Positions 58,832-64,000 of a DNA stretch of 64,000 nt are shown piece after piece. This DNA is from Phormidesmis sp. (GTDB taxonomy: Bacteria; Cyanobacteriota; Cyanobacteriia; Leptolyngbyales; Leptolyngbyaceae): assembly GCA_965248535.1 (NCBI GenBank), contig CBDFJR010000005.1, positions 1,280,001-1,344,000 on the forward strand, given 5' to 3'. A model generated the notes under the pieces. That model made no database searches. It saw only the letters and a program-made list of their open reading frames with translations, and was not told where the DNA came from. Within the stretch, counting starts at the first letter, position 1, and every line of letters starts with the position of its first letter. Both the position numbers and the translations under genes were made by a program.

Positions 58832-60244
58832 TTAACTCAAGTCAGCATCGGAACGAGGTTGATAAACGTAGAAACTGGCGATCAGCGCGATCGTCAGCCA
58901 CCACAGCGTGTTGACCGCCGGACGGTAGAGCACCGTATCGACGAACCCATGCCCCAACATCGCGGCTAGCGCACCAATAATGCCCATCAGCCAAAACCCA
59001 TCCCGATCGTCGAGTTGCCTCAGTCGCTTGAGTTGCACAAACCCTTGATTAAACGTCACCAGCAGCAGCCACAAAAACGCAAACAGACCCATAAATCCCG
59101 TCTCAACCGTCACCTCTAGCAGCACAGAGTAGGCACTCAAAGCACTAAATCGCGCTCGCTGATAAAGCGGATAAATTTTCTTAAACGGCGGATCACCGGG
59201 GCCAATGCCCAACACTGGGTAGTCTTGAATCATTTGCACCACCGAAGTCCAGACATTGAGCCGAAAGTTATTGCTGCTGTCGCCCCGTCCGGCAAAAATG
59301 CTGCTGACGCGATAGCGCAACTGCGGGATCAAAACGACCGCGAGAATAAACAGTCCGGCCGCCGTTCCTAGGGCGATCGGAAGGGCCCAAATCCTCCAAA
59401 AGCGCGGCAGTGCGACACTCCACCAGTACAACATCAAAATTAGCAGCGTCACCAGCAGCGCGACTAAGCCAATCCAGCCGCCGCGACTGCTGGTGTAATA
59501 GAGACACATAAAATTGGCGATCGTCATCGTGAGCGCCAAGAGCTTAGGCACCCAGCCCCGCCAGGCAAAGATCGCGGCCACACTCAGCGCGATCGCGGGC
59601 AGCAGATAGCCTGCTAAGAGATTGGGGTTGCCCAAAAAGCTATAAACCCTCACCGCTTGGGCATTGGGAGACTCTGGATCGACCCAGGTCGCCAGCGCCT
59701 CTGCGCCAAAAAACTTTTGGTGAATGCCATAGACGCTCATCAACAGCGCCCCATGCAGATAGAGCGAAATTAACCACGATCGCAGCCGTGGCGATCGCAA
59801 CACCCTAGCCGCCAACGCAAACAGCAGCACATAGAGGGTGAGCTTACTCCAGCCCGTAAACGCTAGCTTCTTGACCGGAGACATCGCCGCCGCGATCGTC
59901 GCCACCCCCCAATAGAGCGACACCATTAAATGAATGGGCGTAAACCCCGACCCCACAGCCGCCTGTTGCTCTGAGTCAAAGCCGCGATCATCAGAAACCG
60001 TCAGCAGGGCCCAATAGCAGCCGCAGGCAAAGAGCAGCAAGCCTGCCAAATCACTGGAGACAAACGGAGTCAACCCAAAAACCAGGCTGAGAAGGGCCGC
60101 TCCGATCAAGTCTGCCCACTGCATGAGCACACTGCGCTTCCGCCATGCCTGCAACGGCCCGACCAGTCGGTGTAGATAGCTAGCGCTGCGCCACCGATAG
60201 AGCGGCAGCGCTGAGAGGGTGACCTGTTGCCAAACCGAGTTCAT
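58832..60244 (-). CDS. ictB: IctB-family / O-antigen ligase-like membrane protein
   Basis: RVYSFLGNPNLLAGY, SRGGW, DSSNNFR and LSAYS motifs. Confidence 0.9.
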   Translation of the reverse strand: MNSVWQQVTLSALPLYRWRSASYLHRLVGPLQAWRKRSVLMQWADLIGAALLSLVFGLTPFVSSDLAGLLLFACGCYWALLTVSDDRGFDSEQQAAVGSGFTPIHLMVSLYWGVATIAAAMSPVKKLAFTGWSKLTLYVLLFALAARVLRSPRLRSWLISLYLHGALLMSVYGIHQKFFGAEALATWVDPESPNAQAVRVYSFLGNPNLLAGYLLPAIALSVAAIFAWRGWVPKLLALTMTIANFMCLYYTSSRGGWIGLVALLVTLLILMLYWWSVALPRFWRIWALPIALGTAAGLFILAVVLIPQLRYRVSSIFAGRGDSSNNFRLNVWTSVVQMIQDYPVLGIGPGDPPFKKIYPLYQRARFSALSAYSVLLEVTVETGFMGLFAFLWLLLVTFNQGFVQLKRLRQLDDRDGFWLMGIIGALAAMLGHGFVDTVLYRPAVNTLWWLTIALIASFYVYQPRSDADLS

Positions 60245-60337
60245 AAGCGAGTCCCAAGCCTTAGAGAATAATAGCCAAGCTGCCTCAGGCTATGGTCAAT
60301 TATCCTCAAAAACGGATCGCTGGCAAGGGGTATTGAC

Positions 60338-61762
60338 TTATTGGTTGACTGCGCTCAACCGAGGCAACATCACTACATAGCGGTGTCCCGGCTCTGAGCC
60401 ACCCTGAATGAGAATCTTTCCACTGTGCATTTCCGCCAGTTGACGGCTTAATAAGATTCCCAAGTTTCTACGCAGCACTTCTGCCTCGATCGTGTCTGAG
60501 ACCGACTCATCATCAGTGACCACCGCCGTTGAGATCAGATTATAAGCCGATAGCCCAGCGCCATTTGGATAATCGTCATAGTCTAGACCCATCAGCGCCG
60601 CCGACCCCGCAGGCTGGGGCGCATAGATTTCTGAGTAGCCAAGCTCTTCGCCAAAGCAGGGATGAGATGACCAAACCGTTAACTTCAGCCCGCTGCCTTT
60701 GTGAGAGACATGAAGACGAATCAGACTGCCAGCATTAGAGGCTTGAATCACGCTAAACATCAGGTGATAAAGCATCTGCCGAATCTTTTCTTTGTCCAGC
60801 ATCCAGATGCGGTTGCCCGGCTCGACGGAAAGCCTAATCGTTTGCTCTCGACGGTAAGCTGCTTGTTCTAGGGTGCCGATCGCCTGCTGACAAAGCATCT
60901 CAATATCAACTGACGAAAGATTAAGCGACTGAGCGCTATCGGCCATTTGCGAGAGTTCTAAGATCTCTTTCACCAGAGAGAGCAGATATTGCCCACTGTG
61001 ATGAATGATGTCTAAGTATTCTTTCTGTTTAGCGGTGAGCGGCCCGTAGATTTCGCGATTTAAAACGCTGGCCATGCCCATGACTGAGGTGAGAGGAGTC
61101 CGCAGTTCTTGAGTCAACTGGGCGAGTAGCTCAAACTTGATGGAAGGGGGGGCGGCGATCGGGGGCTGAGGGGCGATCGCGGCGGCTGACTTGAGGCTGA
61201 GTGACTGCTTGCTTAGATAAGTGCGCTCATAGTCACTCATGCTCAGACGAGCCGTCAGCGCTAAAAATTCTCGATCTTTGACTGTGAAAACTCGCGGCAC
61301 CAGATCCATAACGGCTAGCGACCCAATACACTCTCCGCTAGAGGTGAGGAGGGGCGCACCCATGTAAGCCCGAATTCCGTAGTGTTGAGCGAGGGTGCTA
61401 TTGGCAAATGCCTGATAATTGAGGGTGTCATCAATGGTCAATATCTGATGGCTGTCTACAACATGGACGCAAAACGACTCGTCACGGGGCATCTGACGAG
61501 ACTGTGCCAAATCATTCATCAAGCCTAGCCGTGCCAGCCCTATGGCCGACTTAAACCACTGACGCTCTGGCTTCATTAAGCCTAAGATGCCGATCGGAGC
61601 CTCTAAAAAATGGGCAGCAGTCTGAGTTGCCTCCTCAAAAATTGGAACGCTGTCTGTCTCAAGCAAGCCCAACGCGGTCAATCTTGATAAACGCTGCTGC
61701 TCGCGTGCCGCCACCGTCAAACCATCTAAGCGACAAAAAAGTCTGCTTTCAGGGATTCCCAT
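60338..61762 (-). CDS. GAF-domain histidine-kinase-like protein lacking the phospho-acceptor His
   Basis: GAF (SFCVHVV, IRAYMGAPL); H-box reads TQELRTPL; degenerate HATPase boxes. Confidence 0.82.
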   Translation of the reverse strand: MGIPESRLFCRLDGLTVAAREQQRLSRLTALGLLETDSVPIFEEATQTAAHFLEAPIGILGLMKPERQWFKSAIGLARLGLMNDLAQSRQMPRDESFCVHVVDSHQILTIDDTLNYQAFANSTLAQHYGIRAYMGAPLLTSSGECIGSLAVMDLVPRVFTVKDREFLALTARLSMSDYERTYLSKQSLSLKSAAAIAPQPPIAAPPSIKFELLAQLTQELRTPLTSVMGMASVLNREIYGPLTAKQKEYLDIIHHSGQYLLSLVKEILELSQMADSAQSLNLSSVDIEMLCQQAIGTLEQAAYRREQTIRLSVEPGNRIWMLDKEKIRQMLYHLMFSVIQASNAGSLIRLHVSHKGSGLKLTVWSSHPCFGEELGYSEIYAPQPAGSAALMGLDYDDYPNGAGLSAYNLISTAVVTDDESVSDTIEAEVLRRNLGILLSRQLAEMHSGKILIQGGSEPGHRYVVMLPRLSAVNQ

Positions 61763-61972
61763 TCCAACCCCAACCCCTATAAATGAATCCGTGAGATTAT
61801 GTAATTGAGGAGACTTCTCTATAGACAGTCTTCATCTATACCAAGACTGCCCTGGCTTCATGCTATGTGAACCTCTGTATGCAAGGGAGATTACTGAAGT
61901 TTGGGGTTGAAAGCCTGATGTGACCGGAGAGATCACTGACGATGGAGATTTTTTAGACACAGAGAGCGATCG

Positions 61973-62722
61973 CTATTCAAACCAAGCGGGGTGATCGAGC
62001 AGAGCCGCAATCACCCGCACCCCCCGTAGCTGATTTGATAGGGGCAAATGCCCTCGCGGAGCGCTGAGGCTCCAAGTAAACTCGTGGGGATAGCGAGTCC
62101 AATTGTTGCCTGACTTCCAGCCGATTTTTTCCCACAGCTTGTCCCAGTTTTTGCCGACACTTAGCCAGATCTCACGCTGCACCGAAAACCCAAATCGCCC
62201 GCCAGAATGGGCTAGCCAGAGGGCGTTGATCGTCTGCAAATCTACGGATGAAAGGCTTTCGATTTCTGTGAAATAGATCCACTTACGCTGCACCGCCGCC
62301 GACCCAGCAAGCTCACACAGCTTTTGAATGGTTAACTTATCGGCTGCCTCAAACTCTTGCTTTGCCAAAAGTTGCTGAAGGGGGGCATAGTCGAGGCTGT
62401 GCTGCGATCGCAGGGGCACCGTCCCGGTTGGAAAGTGCTGTTGAAGAAAGTCAACCACTTGCGGCGCGTGGGTGTTAAACAGAGCCTGATAGACGGCTGC
62501 TTCAACCACTTTAATAGGCGTTTTGCTGGTTCGTCCGTGATCTAAGTGGGGCTGGCGCTCTAGTAAAAACTCCATCAAGACCGCTAGACCTGCGTCTCCG
62601 ACGGCAATCAACTCGTCAATGATCTGTAGCTGGATTTTTTCTGGCTCCGATCGCAGTTTATATTGCCAGGTGGCGATGCTGGCAGGAATGTTGGGGGCCG
62701 AAGCGGTATCTAGGTTAGTCAT
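61973..62722 (-). CDS. gun4: GUN4 porphyrin-binding Mg-chelatase activator
   Basis: DYAPLQQLL..FEAAD, LWLAHSGGRFGFSVQ and APRGHLP..NQLRG motifs. Confidence 0.9.
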   Translation of the reverse strand: MTNLDTASAPNIPASIATWQYKLRSEPEKIQLQIIDELIAVGDAGLAVLMEFLLERQPHLDHGRTSKTPIKVVEAAVYQALFNTHAPQVVDFLQQHFPTGTVPLRSQHSLDYAPLQQLLAKQEFEAADKLTIQKLCELAGSAAVQRKWIYFTEIESLSSVDLQTINALWLAHSGGRFGFSVQREIWLSVGKNWDKLWEKIGWKSGNNWTRYPHEFTWSLSAPRGHLPLSNQLRGVRVIAALLDHPAWFE

Positions 62723-62756
62723 GAAACGATTTATTCCAGATTGCGGCAGGGAAGGG

Positions 62757-63251
62757 CTAAGAATTTAAGATGCGGCGAATGATGGCACTCGTCGAACTGG
62801 GGACTTCGATTTGAATTAGTTTGATGTGCCCCCCATAAGCGTGAACGATCGACGCTTCAGGCAACGCTTCAATCTTATAGTCTCCCCCCTTAGCATAGAT
62901 CTCTGGCTGGAGCGCTTCAACTAGTTGAGCCGCCGTTGGCTCAGAAAATAGCACCACTCCATCGACTGACCTGACGGCAGCTAGCACTTCTGCCCGCTGC
63001 GCAGCGGGCACGATCGGTCTAGGGGGTGCTCCGTCAGGCTGAGGCTTGATGGTTTGCACCGAGCGATCGCTGTTTAGCCCCACCACGAGCGATCGTCCGA
63101 GCAATTTTGCAGCGCGTAGATAGCGAACGTGCCCGGCGTGCAGCAGATCAAAACAGCCGTTTGTGAACACGAGCGGCCGCCACAAGTGGGGATCGCTAGC
63201 GATCGCGTGTTTGAGTTCGCTTAGACTATAGATACCAGACCGATGATCCAT
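62757..63251 (-). CDS. RfaE2/HldC-like cytidylyl/adenylyltransferase
   Basis: FTNGCFDLLHAGH, GLNSD, KGGDY and STS motifs. Confidence 0.88.
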   Translation of the reverse strand: MDHRSGIYSLSELKHAIASDPHLWRPLVFTNGCFDLLHAGHVRYLRAAKLLGRSLVVGLNSDRSVQTIKPQPDGAPPRPIVPAAQRAEVLAAVRSVDGVVLFSEPTAAQLVEALQPEIYAKGGDYKIEALPEASIVHAYGGHIKLIQIEVPSSTSAIIRRILNS

Positions 63252-63264
63252 TTGACTCTATCCC

Positions 63265-63942
63265 TTAGTTCTCAGCGATTTCTTGAGAAGAGGGCGCTGC
63301 GATCGGGAGACGATAGCCCTGCTCAAACGCAAACCTGACCAGTTGCGATCGGTTCTCTAACTGAAGTTTGCTGAGAATATTACTCAAATGAGTTTGCACG
63401 GTGCGGGGGCTAACAAACAAGTGATCCCCGATTTGCTTGTTGGTGTAGCCTTGGATCACTTCCCAAAAAACCTTTTCTTCGGCAGGCGTTAACGGCAGGG
63501 GTGTGGGGGCAGGCGTGGGGGCAGGCGCTGTCTTAGACTGCTGCATTAAGCGCACCATCTCGGAGTGCATTCGGCGCGATCGCTCTAGCTGGGCCTCGAT
63601 CTTTGCCAGCAGTTCTTTCGGCTCAAAGGGCTTAATTAGATAGTCATCTGCCCCGATCGAATGCCCCTGAACCCGATCTTCAATATCGCTTTTGCTCGAC
63701 AAGAAAATAAACGGCACGAGTTGCCCCGATCGGGTGGCTCTCAGCCGCCGACAGAATTCATACCCGTCCATTTCAGGCATCAGCACATCAGACACGATCA
63801 GATCGGCGGGATCTTTCTCAAAAATCTTGAAGGCTTCTACTCCTGATGCGGCATCTTGAACCTGATATCTCCGTTTTTCTAAATATCGGGTGAGGGCTGT
63901 CCGTAGGGTTGTGTCATCGTCAACTACAAGAATTTTCTTCAT
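63265..63942 (-). CDS. NarL/LuxR-family response regulator
   Basis: Receiver VVDDD..SDVLMP..KPF; HTH LTPAE..TNKQIG..VSPRTVQTH. Confidence 0.93.
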   Translation of the reverse strand: MKKILVVDDDTTLRTALTRYLEKRRYQVQDAASGVEAFKIFEKDPADLIVSDVLMPEMDGYEFCRRLRATRSGQLVPFIFLSSKSDIEDRVQGHSIGADDYLIKPFEPKELLAKIEAQLERSRRMHSEMVRLMQQSKTAPAPTPAPTPLPLTPAEEKVFWEVIQGYTNKQIGDHLFVSPRTVQTHLSNILSKLQLENRSQLVRFAFEQGYRLPIAAPSSQEIAEN

Positions 63943-64000
63943 TCACGTCTCCAGGCACTCCATCAACCCGCCCAAAGCAGCTAAGGGCGATCGTCAGCAA

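Noticed and set aside
1..64000. Numerous short antisense or nested ORFs in the six-frame track, and abundant GCGATCGC octamers
   Set aside because: The ORFs shadow well-supported genes and have no recognisable motifs; HIP1 is a well-known genome-wide cyanobacterial feature.

Overview
Chromosomal segment of a cyanobacterium, inferred from dense HIP1 GCGATCGC octamers and cyanobacterial marker genes (pcyA, gun4, curT, pam68, opcA, ictB); gene style suggests a filamentous Leptolyngbya/Phormidesmis-like strain (inference). Most of the window is housekeeping: galK, a second Mg-chelatase H subunit, radC, lexA, gnd, rpe, sucC/sucD, fbp-tal-zwf-opcA, ddl, mreBCD, ssb, aroF, rpsO, xseAB, recA, NDH-2 and nurA. 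A small accessory patch at about 4.8-7.5 kb holds MITE-like repeats, a 21/63-nt tandem array, a LecA-like lectin gene whose frame depends on a 79-bp duplication, and a Tat-type beta-carbonic anhydrase. The most notable feature is a chromosomal two-gene operon (ParM/StbA-like actin ATPase plus an 80-aa partner) beside radC and lexA. Its promoter is a near-consensus TTGACA-N17-TATAGT with a palindromic cyanobacterial LexA box over the -10. LexA boxes also precede nurA and ssb but not recA, and this LexA has Ala-Thr where the Ala-Gly cleavage site should be. No tRNA, rRNA, CRISPR array or transposase was found. All product calls come from motif recognition by eye, without database searches.
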